From Alphaproteobacteria bacterium (GTDB lineage Bacteria > Pseudomonadota > Alphaproteobacteria > Caulobacterales > Maricaulaceae): a stretch of 64,000 bases of DNA. Shown piece by piece: positions 1 through 9,250 of the stretch. A model generated the notes under the pieces. That model was not told where the DNA came from. It ran no database searches and was given only the letters and a program-made list of their open reading frames with translations. The stretch is from positions 19,837-83,836 of the forward strand of contig WGNH01000021.1 in the NCBI GenBank assembly GCA_016124665.1. Direction: 5' to 3'. Both the position numbers and the translations under genes were made by a program. Numbering within the stretch: position 1 is the stretch's first letter; each line of letters starts with the position of its first letter.

Positions 1-374
1 TCATTGTCCGCTGCCAGAGTCTGGACGGTTTCCAGAATACAGCCGGCCTCGACGGTGAGCGAATCATTCGCGGTATCGACGTCCCGGACCTGTTTCATGC
101 GTGCCATCGAGATCAGCACTTCGCCTTGCGGGATCGATCCGCCGACCAGGCCTGTATTCCCGCCTTGCGGAGTGATGGCGATTCCGGCCTCTGAGCAGAT
201 CCGGACGGCTTCGGCGGTTTCCGCCGTGCTGGCCGGTTTCAGCAGGATGGGTGTTTTGCCCTGCCAGCGGCCGCGCCAGTCGCGCGTATGCGCTGCCAGA
301 TCATCCGGGTCCGTGCTCCAGCCCTTCGGGCCGAGGACGGATTTCAGGGCATCAAGGATTTGTCCGGTGATCAT
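1..374 (-). CDS. FAD-binding oxidoreductase (GlcD / D-2-hydroxyacid dehydrogenase-like), N-terminal part; gene continues past the window start
   Basis: Not in the ORF track because it is open at the window edge. My minus-strand translation from the ATG at 374..372 reads MITGQILDALKSVLGPKGWSTDPDDLAAHTRDWRGRWQGKTPILLKPASTAETAEAVRICSEAGIAITPQGGNTGLVGGS..., a typical FAD-linked oxidase N-terminus. The start overlaps the tsaC stop (ATGA). Confidence 0.7.
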   Translation of the reverse strand, partial: MITGQILDALKSVLGPKGWSTDPDDLAAHTRDWRGRWQGKTPILLKPASTAETAEAVRICSEAGIAITPQGGNTGLVGGSIPQGEVLISMARMKQVRDVDTANDSLTVEAGCILETVQTLAADN

Positions 375-1324
375 GCGATGTCTCTCGGCGCAGCGGCGCG
401 TTGCAGGCGGTCATTGATGGCTTCGCCCAGACCTTCATCGGGAATCGGTGCGACGGCAATGCCGGAGACAGTGCCGGTATCCAGTTCGCGCAGGAAAGCG
501 AACAGATTTGCGGCCGCTTCCTGCACATCGCCGCCGGGTGACAGGTTGCGGTCCGCATTTTTGCTGGTGCCAAACCCCAGGAAGGCTTCGCCTTTCTCCG
601 GCGAAACAGCATTCAACCGGAGGCGGGCGCGCGGCGCGTAATGGCTTTGGAGCATGCCCGGGGAGGCTTTCGGCGAGGCGGCATCCGGTGCGGAAAGCGG
701 ACCGGTGATGGCTTCGATGGCTTCACGTGCCAGCCCGCCCTTGCGCAGCAATAGCGGCCTGTCCCCGTCAAAGCCGATCACAGTCGATTCGACTCCGATC
801 TGACAGGGACCGCCATCGAGGATCAGGCCGATGCGTTCCCCCATGCCTTTGGCGACATGCCCGGCCTGTGTGGGGCTGACACCGCCCGACGGATTGGCGC
901 TGGGGGCGACAAGCGGGCCGCCGAACGCCTGGATCAGCGCCTGTGCCACGGGATGGGCGGGGGCACGCACGGCAAGGGTCTGCAGCCCGGCACAAGCCAG
1001 CTCGCTGACCGGGCAGCCGGTTGTGCGCGGCAAAACCAGGGTCAGCGGGCCGGGCCAGAAGGCCTCCGCGAGCTTGCGCGCCAACGGGTTGAAGACGGCC
1101 AGGACTTCGGCCATGCCGGTGCCGGTGACATGGGAAATCAGCGGATTGAATATAGGCCGCCCCTTGGCAGCATAGAGCGCCGCGACGGCAGCGCCGCTGG
1201 TGGCATCTGCGGCCAGGCCATAAACGGTCTCGGTCGGCATGGCGACGAGCCCGCCATCCTTTAACAGGCTGGCGGCTGCAAGGATGGCAGCGGGGTCCTC
1301 TCCGGATAATACAGGCGCGGTCAT
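371..1324 (-). CDS. tsaC: L-threonylcarbamoyladenylate synthase (Sua5/YrdC/TsaC family, long form)
   Basis: 317 aa. YrdC-domain motif VAMPTETVYGLAADA, with a Sua5-type C-terminal extension. Confidence 0.9.
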   Translation of the reverse strand: MTAPVLSGEDPAAILAAASLLKDGGLVAMPTETVYGLAADATSGAAVAALYAAKGRPIFNPLISHVTGTGMAEVLAVFNPLARKLAEAFWPGPLTLVLPRTTGCPVSELACAGLQTLAVRAPAHPVAQALIQAFGGPLVAPSANPSGGVSPTQAGHVAKGMGERIGLILDGGPCQIGVESTVIGFDGDRPLLLRKGGLAREAIEAITGPLSAPDAASPKASPGMLQSHYAPRARLRLNAVSPEKGEAFLGFGTSKNADRNLSPGGDVQEAAANLFAFLRELDTGTVSGIAVAPIPDEGLGEAINDRLQRAAAPRDIA

Positions 1325-1365
1325 GAATGCAGCTAGCGCCGCTGCCGGGTGTTGATCAAGCCCGC

Positions 1366-1923
1366 TTAGCGCGTGGCTTCAATGTGAAGCCGGACCGTGA
1401 CGGTTTCTGCGGCACCGCCCCAGTTGCCGGAGCCGATGCCGTATTCCTCACGGTTGACTATAATAACGCCATCTGCGGCCGCACGCTCATCCACTATAAC
1501 GAGCCGGAACAGGAGGTCGGCAGGCCGGGCATTGCCGGCGAGGGTCAGAATGCCGCTGGCCGCATAGCAATCGCTCTCGCCAGCCGGGCAGGCGTCACTG
1601 GTGGTGACCGTTTCCGAGACGAATGTCGCCAGGGGATGATTGTCTGCATCCAGACCGCTATTTCCGGTCATTTCCGAATTGTATTGCGGATTGCTGGTAT
1701 CCCCGCTGGCAACCTCTACACGGCCTTCAATGCGGGCGTTGTCCAGATCGTCCGGGTCAAGCCGGATTTCTGCGCCGAAATCCGCAAAGGATCCCGTGAC
1801 CTCGCGGCCAAACGCCGTGGTTTCGATGCGAACCGAGCTGGCGTCCCTGTCCAGGGTCCAGTTCGAGGCAAGGGCCGGTGAAGCCGACAGCAGTGCGGCA
1901 CAGGGAAGGAGGAATTTCATCAA
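1366..1923 (-). CDS. YceI family periplasmic protein
   Basis: Signal peptide MMKFLLPCAALLSASPALA. YceI-like pattern NWTLDRDASSVRIETTAFGREVTGSFADFGAEIRLDP. Lies in a yceI-cytb561-yceI arrangement. Confidence 0.85.
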   Translation of the reverse strand: MMKFLLPCAALLSASPALASNWTLDRDASSVRIETTAFGREVTGSFADFGAEIRLDPDDLDNARIEGRVEVASGDTSNPQYNSEMTGNSGLDADNHPLATFVSETVTTSDACPAGESDCYAASGILTLAGNARPADLLFRLVIVDERAAADGVIIVNREEYGIGSGNWGGAAETVTVRLHIEATR

Positions 1924-1924
1924 G

Positions 1925-2512
1925 CTAGCCTCTGGGTTTCAGAAACACGACCATGCGGGTCAGCACATCATCACGATCGATAAAATGGTGCTTCAATGCG
2001 GCGGCAATATGGAGGCCGAGCAGCACCAGAATCGCCCATGCGCTCTTGGAATGGATTTGCGAGACAACGCCATAAACGGCTTCATTCTCGCCCATCAGTT
2101 CCGGGATCGGCAGGCTCTCCGAGTTGAAGAAGAAGCTGGGGAAACCTGATGCCGACGCCGTGATCCATCCAGCAAGCGGCATGCCGATGATCAGCACATA
2201 GAATGCCCAATGTGTGGCGACGGCGGCGAAGCGCTCGAATGTATTCATGCCCGCAGGTAGGGGCGGGGCCTTGTGGGTGAGGCGCCAGACAAGCCGGAAA
2301 ACGCTGAGCGCAAGTATGAGAATGCCGATGGTCTTGTGCCAGTTGAAGAGCATAGCCACGGTTTGCGGATCGACGGAAGCATCCCCTTCAAACATGGCCT
2401 CGCGCAGATCGTCGGTCTGCCAGCCGGCAAAGATCATGACGACGATAAGGACGGCGATCAGCCAGTGAAGGGTGATCGCGACCGTTGAGTAGCGGTTGGA
2501 TTGCGTCGTCAT
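1925..2512 (-). CDS. cytochrome b561 family protein (CybB-like)
   Basis: 195 aa, 4 predicted TM segments. Motifs YSTVAITLHWLIAVLIV and FNWHKTIGILIL with conserved His ligands. Flanked by two YceI genes. Confidence 0.85.
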   Translation of the reverse strand: MTTQSNRYSTVAITLHWLIAVLIVVMIFAGWQTDDLREAMFEGDASVDPQTVAMLFNWHKTIGILILALSVFRLVWRLTHKAPPLPAGMNTFERFAAVATHWAFYVLIIGMPLAGWITASASGFPSFFFNSESLPIPELMGENEAVYGVVSQIHSKSAWAILVLLGLHIAAALKHHFIDRDDVLTRMVVFLKPRG

Positions 2513-2515
2513 TCA

Positions 2516-3118
2516 TTACTCCTCGGGAAGAAATTCCGCCTCGATCCGGATCCTGACTTCATCTCCGGCAATGGCTGCGGGAATGAAGGGACCGATGCCG
2601 TAATCACTTCTGGCAACAACCATATCGGCTCCGAAACCAATGACATCCCTGTTTTCCAGAAAGTTGAAGTTTCCGCCATAGAAAACAATGTCCATGCGCG
2701 CCGGTTGTGTGATGCCGCGGATGGTGAGCTCGCCCTCAGCGATGCCGGTTTCGCTGCCGGTCACCTCGATATTCGAGGACCGGAAAATGATTTGCGGATG
2801 GCGTTCGGCCGAAAACCAGTTCGGCCCGCGCAGAATTTCGTCAAAGGCGTCATTGCCGGTCGAGACGGAGCTGGCCTCGATGATGGCGGTTATCTGTGCG
2901 CTACCCGGCTCGGCCGGATCAAAGTCCAGACTGGCATCGATTCTGTCAAAGCGGGCTGTGTACCAGGAGAGACCGAAATGCCGCGAACGCCAGTGGACAG
3001 AGGCGTGATCCGTATCAAGCTGCCAGCTGCCCGCCGGCAATTCGGCCGGATCCTGCGTTGGCGCGCTGACGCACCCGCTCAGCAGCGCCATCAGCAAAAC
3101 AGGCAGAATTAATCTCAT
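2516..3118 (-). CDS. YceI family lipoprotein
   Basis: Lipobox LLSGC. YceI-like pattern SWQLDTDHASVHWRSRHFGLSWYTARFDRIDASLDFDP. Confidence 0.85.
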   Translation of the reverse strand: MRLILPVLLMALLSGCVSAPTQDPAELPAGSWQLDTDHASVHWRSRHFGLSWYTARFDRIDASLDFDPAEPGSAQITAIIEASSVSTGNDAFDEILRGPNWFSAERHPQIIFRSSNIEVTGSETGIAEGELTIRGITQPARMDIVFYGGNFNFLENRDVIGFGADMVVARSDYGIGPFIPAAIAGDEVRIRIEAEFLPEE

Positions 3119-3213
3119 GCAAAACCTCCTAGCGTGTTTTGCCGCATCTCCAAACAGTCGACGCGGCGTTTTCCCGCGTTATCTTGTCACAAGAAATAGC
3201 TGAGGGACCGGCC

Positions 3214-4992
3214 ATGTATCGCGCACCAATTGACGACATACGCTTCGCGCTCGAGGAAATCGCCGTCATGGACGGTCTGAAAGCGACGGGTGCCTTTCCC
3301 GAACTGTCCTCCGATCTGACGGCCGCCATTCTGGAAGAGGCGGGCAGGTTTTCCGGTGATGTTCTGGCGCCGCTCAACCGGTCCGGTGATCTGGAAGGGT
3401 GCACACTCGATAATGGCAAGGTGACAACGCCGAAGGGCATCAAGGAGGCTTATGCCAAATTCGTCGAAGGCGGCTGGCAGGGGCTCCAGTTCCCGGCCGA
3501 GGTGGGCGGCATGGGCCTGCCGCGAGTTCTGGGTGCCGCCGTCATGGAGACGCTACAATCGGCGAATATGGCGTTCAGCCTTGGCCCGATGCTGACCTTC
3601 GGGGCGATCGAGGCCCTGATTGCCAAAGGCTCCGACGAACAGAAGGCGATGTATCTGCCCAAGCTGATGACCGGAGAGTGGTCGGCCTCCATGCAGCTGA
3701 CCGAGCCACAGGCCGGCTCGGATGTCGGCGCGCTGCGGACCAAGGCGGAACCCAATGGCGATGGCAGCTGGTCGATCACCGGGCAGAAAATCTACATCAC
3801 CTGGGGCGAGCATGATTGTGCCGAAAACATCATCCATGCGGTTCTGGCGCGCACGCCGGACGGGCCGCCGGGAACCAAGGGCATTTCGCTTTTCCTGATT
3901 CCGAAATTCCTGGTGAATGAGGACGGTTCGCTGGGTGAGCGCAACGCGATTCACGCTATCGGGCTGGAACACAAGCTGGGCATTCATGGCAGCCCGACCT
4001 GCGTGATGGAAATGGCCGGAGCCACAGGTTGGCTGATCGGCGAGGAATTCGGCGGCATGGCGGCCATGTTCATCATGATGAATGCAGCCCGGCTGGCCGT
4101 GGGCGTGCAAGGTGTCGGGATTGCCGAGCGCGCCTATCAGCAGGCGCTCGCCTATGCGCGTGACCGCAAGCAGGGCCGGTCACCGGGCGTGGAGTCCGAC
4201 CCGCCGCATGCGATCATTCATCATCCCGATGTGCGTCAGATGCTGACCACAATGAAGGCGAAAATCGAGGCCGCACGGGCCATTTGCTATAATTGTGCGG
4301 TGTCGGCCGATGAAGCCGAGTTCGAGCCCGAAGCGGAAGATCGTGCCTATTCCAGGCGCCGCGAGGAATTGCTGACCCCTATCGCCAAGGCCTGGGCGAC
4401 CGATGTGGGTGTGGAAGTCGCGTCTCTGGGAATCCAGATTCATGGCGGGATGGGCTTCATCGAGGAAACCGGTGCGGCCCAGCATTACCGTGATGCGAGG
4501 ATTGCCCCGATCTATGAAGGCACAAACGGCATACAGGCCATGGACCTCATTGGCCGCAAGCTGGCCATGGACGGGGGTGCGCCGATGCGCGAATTGCTCG
4601 CCGATATCCGGCAGACGGTAGAAGACTGCGCCACCTCGTCGAACCCTGAATTATCGAAACTGGCCAAACGCCTTGGTCCGGCAGCTGATGCGCTGGAAGC
4701 GGCGGCGAAATGGGCGACGGCGTCCGGCCGGGACCGCGCCGATATTCTGGCCGGTGCGACGGCCTTCCTGAAGCTGGCCGGTGATGTGACCGGCGGATGG
4801 TTGTTGTGCGTCGGAGCGGTTTCAGCGCAGCGCCGGTTGAAAAACGCCGAAGGTGATCCGGCCTTTGCGGAAGGAAAGATATTGCTGGCCCGGCATTTTG
4901 CCGAAACCGTTCTGAGCGCGGCTCCGGCGGCTCTTGCCGGCATCCAGGCCGGTGCTTCACTGCTTGCAGATGAGGCCGCTTTGGGAGGCTAG
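3214..4992 (+). CDS. acyl-CoA dehydrogenase (large, ~590 aa FadE-like type)
   Basis: The ORF opens at 3139, but I take the ATG at 3214 (MYRAPIDDIRFALEEI, preceded by GAGGGA) as the start. Acyl-CoA dehydrogenase middle and C-terminal motifs are present (TEPQAGSD, IHGGMGFIEETGAAQHYRDARIAPIYEGTNGIQ). Confidence 0.9.
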   Translation: MYRAPIDDIRFALEEIAVMDGLKATGAFPELSSDLTAAILEEAGRFSGDVLAPLNRSGDLEGCTLDNGKVTTPKGIKEAYAKFVEGGWQGLQFPAEVGGMGLPRVLGAAVMETLQSANMAFSLGPMLTFGAIEALIAKGSDEQKAMYLPKLMTGEWSASMQLTEPQAGSDVGALRTKAEPNGDGSWSITGQKIYITWGEHDCAENIIHAVLARTPDGPPGTKGISLFLIPKFLVNEDGSLGERNAIHAIGLEHKLGIHGSPTCVMEMAGATGWLIGEEFGGMAAMFIMMNAARLAVGVQGVGIAERAYQQALAYARDRKQGRSPGVESDPPHAIIHHPDVRQMLTTMKAKIEAARAICYNCAVSADEAEFEPEAEDRAYSRRREELLTPIAKAWATDVGVEVASLGIQIHGGMGFIEETGAAQHYRDARIAPIYEGTNGIQAMDLIGRKLAMDGGAPMRELLADIRQTVEDCATSSNPELSKLAKRLGPAADALEAAAKWATASGRDRADILAGATAFLKLAGDVTGGWLLCVGAVSAQRRLKNAEGDPAFAEGKILLARHFAETVLSAAPAALAGIQAGASLLADEAALGG

Positions 4993-5366
4993 ACCCAGAA
5001 GGTTCCGGGATCGGGATTGGGCCGTCCGTCGACCAGACGGATCAGGCCGACAATGGCCCGGACAATCACCCAGAGCGACCAGAGCACCCAGATCAGAACG
5101 GCGACCGGCAAAAGGATGACCGAAATGGCGCAGACCACGGATATGACCAGCAGGATCGCCGCATAGATCAGTGTCCGGATCTGGAATTCATAATGTGTGG
5201 CGATCCATTCCGGCGCCTTGTCCTTGCGGAACCAGGCAATGATGACGGCGATGATCATGGTCAGGACGTTGGCAGGACCGACCAGAAACAGGATATAGCC
5301 GATGGCGGCCATCAGGCGATCATCGGATCCGCTGGTGGCGGTGGGTTGGGGAGTGACGTTCTTCAT
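4989..5366 (-). CDS. small integral membrane protein (DUF4870-like)
   Basis: Start chosen at MKNVTPQ. Three or four hydrophobic segments. The stop overlaps the acyl-CoA dehydrogenase stop. The family assignment comes from overall look only. Confidence 0.55.
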   Translation of the reverse strand: MKNVTPQPTATSGSDDRLMAAIGYILFLVGPANVLTMIIAVIIAWFRKDKAPEWIATHYEFQIRTLIYAAILLVISVVCAISVILLPVAVLIWVLWSLWVIVRAIVGLIRLVDGRPNPDPGTFWV

Positions 5367-5462
5367 CTGCACCTCAATCCGGCTTTGAGCCTTTAAAGGC
5401 TTGTTTTGGTTGCCGGTGCAACGCACCATGAAAGTATGGCCAGAAAAGGTCAGGCAGGGAAA

Positions 5463-5696
5463 ATGTCAATGCAGCGCCTTCAGACCCGTTTACGTGTCGG
5501 CTATGGCCTTGTTTTCGGGGGCGTGATCGCCTTGGGCATTGCGATTGCGGTAGCAAGTCTGTCGGACTGGATGCTCGCCTTTCCCTGGTCGATATTGTGG
5601 GTCATTCTTGCCATGATCCCGTCGGCCGGTATTGCGCTGGTCTTCCTGACTGCGGTCGAGGAACGTGCCGGCCCGCAAAGAAAGCCCCCGCAATGA
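5463..5696 (+). CDS. hypothetical small membrane protein
   Basis: Start chosen at MSMQRLQ. Two hydrophobic helices. The stop overlaps the ybjQ-like start (ATGA), which suggests coupling. No family recognised. Confidence 0.4.
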   Translation: MSMQRLQTRLRVGYGLVFGGVIALGIAIAVASLSDWMLAFPWSILWVILAMIPSAGIALVFLTAVEERAGPQRKPPQ

Positions 5697-6013
5697 CCCT
5701 ACCTGTCACAATGGCCCACGAAATCCCGGGGCGTGAAGTTGCCGAGATCCTCGGCATATGCCGGGGCAGCGTTGTAAAGGCCCGGTTTTTTGTCCGCGAT
5801 ATTTTCGCTTCGATCCGCAATCTTCTGGGCGGAGAAGTCAATGAATATTCCGAATTGCTTGAAGAATCGCGCGAGGAAGCCTTCACGCGGATGATGAAAA
5901 GTGCGCAAGAAATGGGCGCGGACGCCGTGATCGGCTTCCGTTTTTCGACATCCGCCATTATGGAAGGGTCATCGGAAATCCTCGCCTACGGCACAGCAGT
6001 AAAGCTCAGATGA
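5693..6013 (+). CDS. YbjQ family (UPF0145) protein
   Basis: Internal start MTLPVTMAHEIPGREV. Matches the UPF0145 pattern: ...GICRGSVVKARFFVRDIFASIRNLLGGEVNEYSELLEESREEAFTRMMKSAQEMGADAVIGFRF. Confidence 0.85.
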   Translation: MTLPVTMAHEIPGREVAEILGICRGSVVKARFFVRDIFASIRNLLGGEVNEYSELLEESREEAFTRMMKSAQEMGADAVIGFRFSTSAIMEGSSEILAYGTAVKLR

Positions 6014-6798
6014 TGTCGACAATAAAAAGGCTGGCCGGAAATGCGGCCGGTGAAGTCATGGATACAATTCGTTTTTTTGCCGGTGTGGCAGGGGTGTGGC
6101 TGACCATCATCACCTTCCTGTTCGCGCCGTTTCATATTCCGTCGGAAAGCATGCAGCCTTCGCTGGAAGTGGGTGACCGGGTGCTGGTGTCGAAATGGGC
6201 CTATGGCTATTCGCGGCATTCGCTGCCGCTGGGCCTGGGCTATTATCTGCCGGAGAGCTGGGACTTCCAGGTGTTTGCGCGGGACCCGGAGCGCGGGGAT
6301 GTTGTCGTATTCCGGACGCCGGCGACGCGCCGCAATCTGATCAAGCGGATCATCGGCCTGCCGGGTGATGTGATCATGGTCCAGAACGGCCGGCTCTACA
6401 TCAATGGCGAGATGGTCGAGCGCGAGCCCGTCGGCGAACGCTCCTATATCGAGCACCGGGGCGGCCAGGTGGTGTCGGTCGATGCCTATCTGGAAACGCT
6501 GCCCAATGGCGTTGTCCATTATATCTATGAACGCTCGGACTCTTATCCGCTCGACAATGCCGGTCCCTTCCGCGTGCCCGAAGGGCATGTCTTCGCGATG
6601 GGCGATAACCGGGACAGCTCGACCGACAGCCGCGTCGCACCGAACCCGCAATATCCGCAGGCCGGCGGCCCCGGCTATATCGACCTGACAGAAGTCGTCG
6701 GCCGCGCCGAAACGGTGATGTTCACGCTCAATCGCTGCCGCCGCGAGGACGGGCTGTATTGTCCGACCGGCCGGGTCTGGCGCGGATTGCATTACTGA
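6010..6798 (+). CDS. lepB: signal peptidase I
   Basis: Catalytic Ser box SESMQPSL, Lys box GLPGD/KRIIGLPGD, and GDNRDSSTDSR. Confidence 0.92.
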   Translation: MMSTIKRLAGNAAGEVMDTIRFFAGVAGVWLTIITFLFAPFHIPSESMQPSLEVGDRVLVSKWAYGYSRHSLPLGLGYYLPESWDFQVFARDPERGDVVVFRTPATRRNLIKRIIGLPGDVIMVQNGRLYINGEMVEREPVGERSYIEHRGGQVVSVDAYLETLPNGVVHYIYERSDSYPLDNAGPFRVPEGHVFAMGDNRDSSTDSRVAPNPQYPQAGGPGYIDLTEVVGRAETVMFTLNRCRREDGLYCPTGRVWRGLHY

Positions 6799-6814
6799 AA
6801 CCGGGGAGGGCGCC

Positions 6815-7687
6815 ATGTCGCTTGAAGGAAAGACGATTTTCATTACTGGCGCGAGCCGGGGCATTGGTCTGGCGATTGCTGAACGCTGCGCGCGTGACGG
6901 TGCCAATATCGTCGTGGCGGCCAAGACAGCGGACCCTCATCCGAAGCTGGAAGGCACGATCTACACCGCTGCAGAGGCGATCGAGAAGGCAGGCGGCAAG
7001 ACTCTGCCGCTGGTGGTTGATATCCGCGACGAGGCGAATGTCGAGAACGCCGTGGCCAAGACGGTTGATCATTTTGGCGGTATAGATGCGGTGATCAACA
7101 ATGCATCGGCCATCTTCCCGCGATCGACAGCCGAAACGCCGATCAAGCGCTGGGATCTGATGCATCAGGTCAATGCGCGCGGCACATTCCTGGTCACGCA
7201 GAAATGCCTGCCGCATCTGGAAAAATCCGAAAATCCGCACATCCTGGCCCTGTCGCCGCCGCTGGACATGGATCCGAAATGGTTTGCGCCGCATGTCGCC
7301 TATACCAGTGCGAAATACGGGATGAGCCTTTGCATTCTGGGCTGGTCCGGGGAGTTCAGGGGCAAGATTGCCGCCAATGCGATCTGGCCGCGTACGGCAG
7401 TGGCCACCGCGGCCATCGCCAATGTGCTGGCCGGAGAAGATGCTTTCCGGAATTGCCGCAAGCCTGAGATACTGGCCGACACCGCCTATCACGTGCTGAC
7501 CAAGCCGGCGGCCAGCTTCACCGGAAACTTCCTGATTGATGACAGCTTCCTGGTATCGGAAGGAGTGACGGACCTGGATCAGTACTCGGTCTCGCCGGGC
7601 GAGGAATTGCTGCCCGATTTCTTCGTGCCGGAAAACCCGCCTGCGCCCGAAGGCGTCAGGATCATGAATGTGTCGCTGACCCATTAG
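6815..7687 (+). CDS. SDR family oxidoreductase (HSDL2-like)
   Basis: The N-terminus GKTIFITGASRGIGLAIA carries the Rossmann TGxxxGIG motif. Catalytic YTSAK is present. Confidence 0.9.
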   Translation: MSLEGKTIFITGASRGIGLAIAERCARDGANIVVAAKTADPHPKLEGTIYTAAEAIEKAGGKTLPLVVDIRDEANVENAVAKTVDHFGGIDAVINNASAIFPRSTAETPIKRWDLMHQVNARGTFLVTQKCLPHLEKSENPHILALSPPLDMDPKWFAPHVAYTSAKYGMSLCILGWSGEFRGKIAANAIWPRTAVATAAIANVLAGEDAFRNCRKPEILADTAYHVLTKPAASFTGNFLIDDSFLVSEGVTDLDQYSVSPGEELLPDFFVPENPPAPEGVRIMNVSLTH

Positions 7688-7823
7688 CCCTCCGTATAAA
7701 AAGTGATTTGCGTTTTGCGTAAAATTCCCATCATGGGGGTTTAGAGCGTCGCACTCTGCGAATCCTGTGGTTCGCTTTGTCCAACCGGCCTGTCGACGCA
7801 GGCCTATTTGGCGTTTCTGACCC

Positions 7824-8228
7824 ATGCTGCTCATTGATACGTTTGCCGGGCCGAGTCTCATCGAGGGCGTCGGCGTTTTTGCTGCGGAATCTGTCCGGAA
7901 AGGCAGCCATGTCTGGACTCTCGACCTGTCGATCGACCGAATCGTCACACCCGAAGAGCTTGACCGGGCCAGCCCCGTCTATCAGCGCTTTATCGAGCGC
8001 TATGCCTATTTCGATGCCGGGCTTGGCGGCTATCTGCTCGACGGAGACCATTCCCGCTTTCTCAATCACAGCGATGATGCGGCGATCGAGTTCCGCGCTG
8101 ATGGTGACGGTTATGCCCGGCGGGATATCGGCAAAGGCGAGGAACTGACCTGTAACTACAGTGAATTCATGCCTAACCTGGTAATCCTGCCTTCGCGGGT
8201 GAAGGATTTTCAGGGCTCAAGGCCCTGA
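7824..8228 (+). CDS. SET domain-containing protein (putative protein-lysine methyltransferase)
   Basis: 134 aa. SET signature elements RFLNHS and GEELTCNYSEF. Confidence 0.8.
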   Translation: MLLIDTFAGPSLIEGVGVFAAESVRKGSHVWTLDLSIDRIVTPEELDRASPVYQRFIERYAYFDAGLGGYLLDGDHSRFLNHSDDAAIEFRADGDGYARRDIGKGEELTCNYSEFMPNLVILPSRVKDFQGSRP

Positions 8229-8267
8229 CGGCTTTCCGCGAGCGGATACGCGGGCTAGATCGGGGGC

Positions 8268-9230
8268 ATGAAAACCGTCATTCTGACCTCCGACGCGGGT
8301 TTCGATCACCGCGTTCCGCCGCCCCATATTGAAACCCCGGCGCGCTTGCGCGGCGTCCTTGATGCCATGGCGGATACGCCAGCCCTGTCAGATATGCAGC
8401 GGATCCAGGCCCGGCCCGCGACGCGTGAGGAAGTCGGGCGCATGCATACGCCCGCGCATCTGGATGCTGTGTTCAATGGCGAGCCGGGAAGCCATGAAGC
8501 CTTTCACGGCTTTGATTTCGACACCTATATGTGCCGTGGATCGCTGAATGCGGCGCTTCGCGGAGCCGGCGCGGCGGTGCAGGCGGTTGACATGATCATG
8601 GCCGGCGAAGCCGAGGCTGCCTTTTGTGCCACGCGTCCGCCGGGCCATCATGCCGAACGCAACCGGCCCATGGGCTTCTGCCTGTTCAACAATATCGGTG
8701 TCGCCGCCATGCATGCGCTGGATCATTACGGATTATCCCGCGTCGCCATCATCGATATCGATGTGCACCACGGAAATGGCTCACAGGATCTGGCCGAGGG
8801 CGAGCCGCGTGTGATGTTCGCCTCCATTCATGAGTCGCCCCTCTATCCCGGCACCGGCATGGAAGACGAGACCGGGCTGAACGGCAATGTTGTCAATGTC
8901 ACAGTAGCGGCAGGATGCGGCGGGGATGCGTGGCTGGCGCGGCTGGAAAATGACCTGTTGCCCAAAGTCGAGGCGTTTGCGCCGGAATTTGTTTTCGTAT
9001 CAGCCGGTTTTGACGGGCACCGGGCCGATCCGCTCGGCGGCCTCCTGCTCGACGAGGGCGATTATATCCGGGCGGCGGAGCGGCTGTGTGATCTGGCGCG
9101 CAAGTCGGCATCATCGCGGCTTGTGTGTTGCCTTGAGGGCGGTTACGACATCGGAGCGCTGGGCCGTTCGGCTGCGGCATTCACCGAGACACTGTCGAGG
9201 GGCCAGGGGAGCCATTCGACAGCCCTTTAA
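8268..9230 (+). CDS. histone deacetylase family (class II HDAC-like / acetylpolyamine amidohydrolase-like) protein
   Basis: RPPGHHA, DIDVHHGNGSQ, and FVSAGFDGHRADPLGGL...LEGGYD. Confidence 0.9.
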   Translation: MKTVILTSDAGFDHRVPPPHIETPARLRGVLDAMADTPALSDMQRIQARPATREEVGRMHTPAHLDAVFNGEPGSHEAFHGFDFDTYMCRGSLNAALRGAGAAVQAVDMIMAGEAEAAFCATRPPGHHAERNRPMGFCLFNNIGVAAMHALDHYGLSRVAIIDIDVHHGNGSQDLAEGEPRVMFASIHESPLYPGTGMEDETGLNGNVVNVTVAAGCGGDAWLARLENDLLPKVEAFAPEFVFVSAGFDGHRADPLGGLLLDEGDYIRAAERLCDLARKSASSRLVCCLEGGYDIGALGRSAAAFTETLSRGQGSHSTAL

Positions 9231-9250
9231 CGCCCCGCTCAACGGATTTC

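Noticed and set aside
4-417. 137-aa plus-strand ORF at the window start
   Set aside because: The opposite strand encodes a clear FAD-linked oxidase N-terminus and the end of tsaC. The plus-strand product is Ser/Arg/Pro-rich antisense noise.
6728-7948. 406-aa minus-strand ORF
   Set aside because: It is antisense to the SDR gene and to part of the SET gene. Arg/His/Gly-rich antisense composition.
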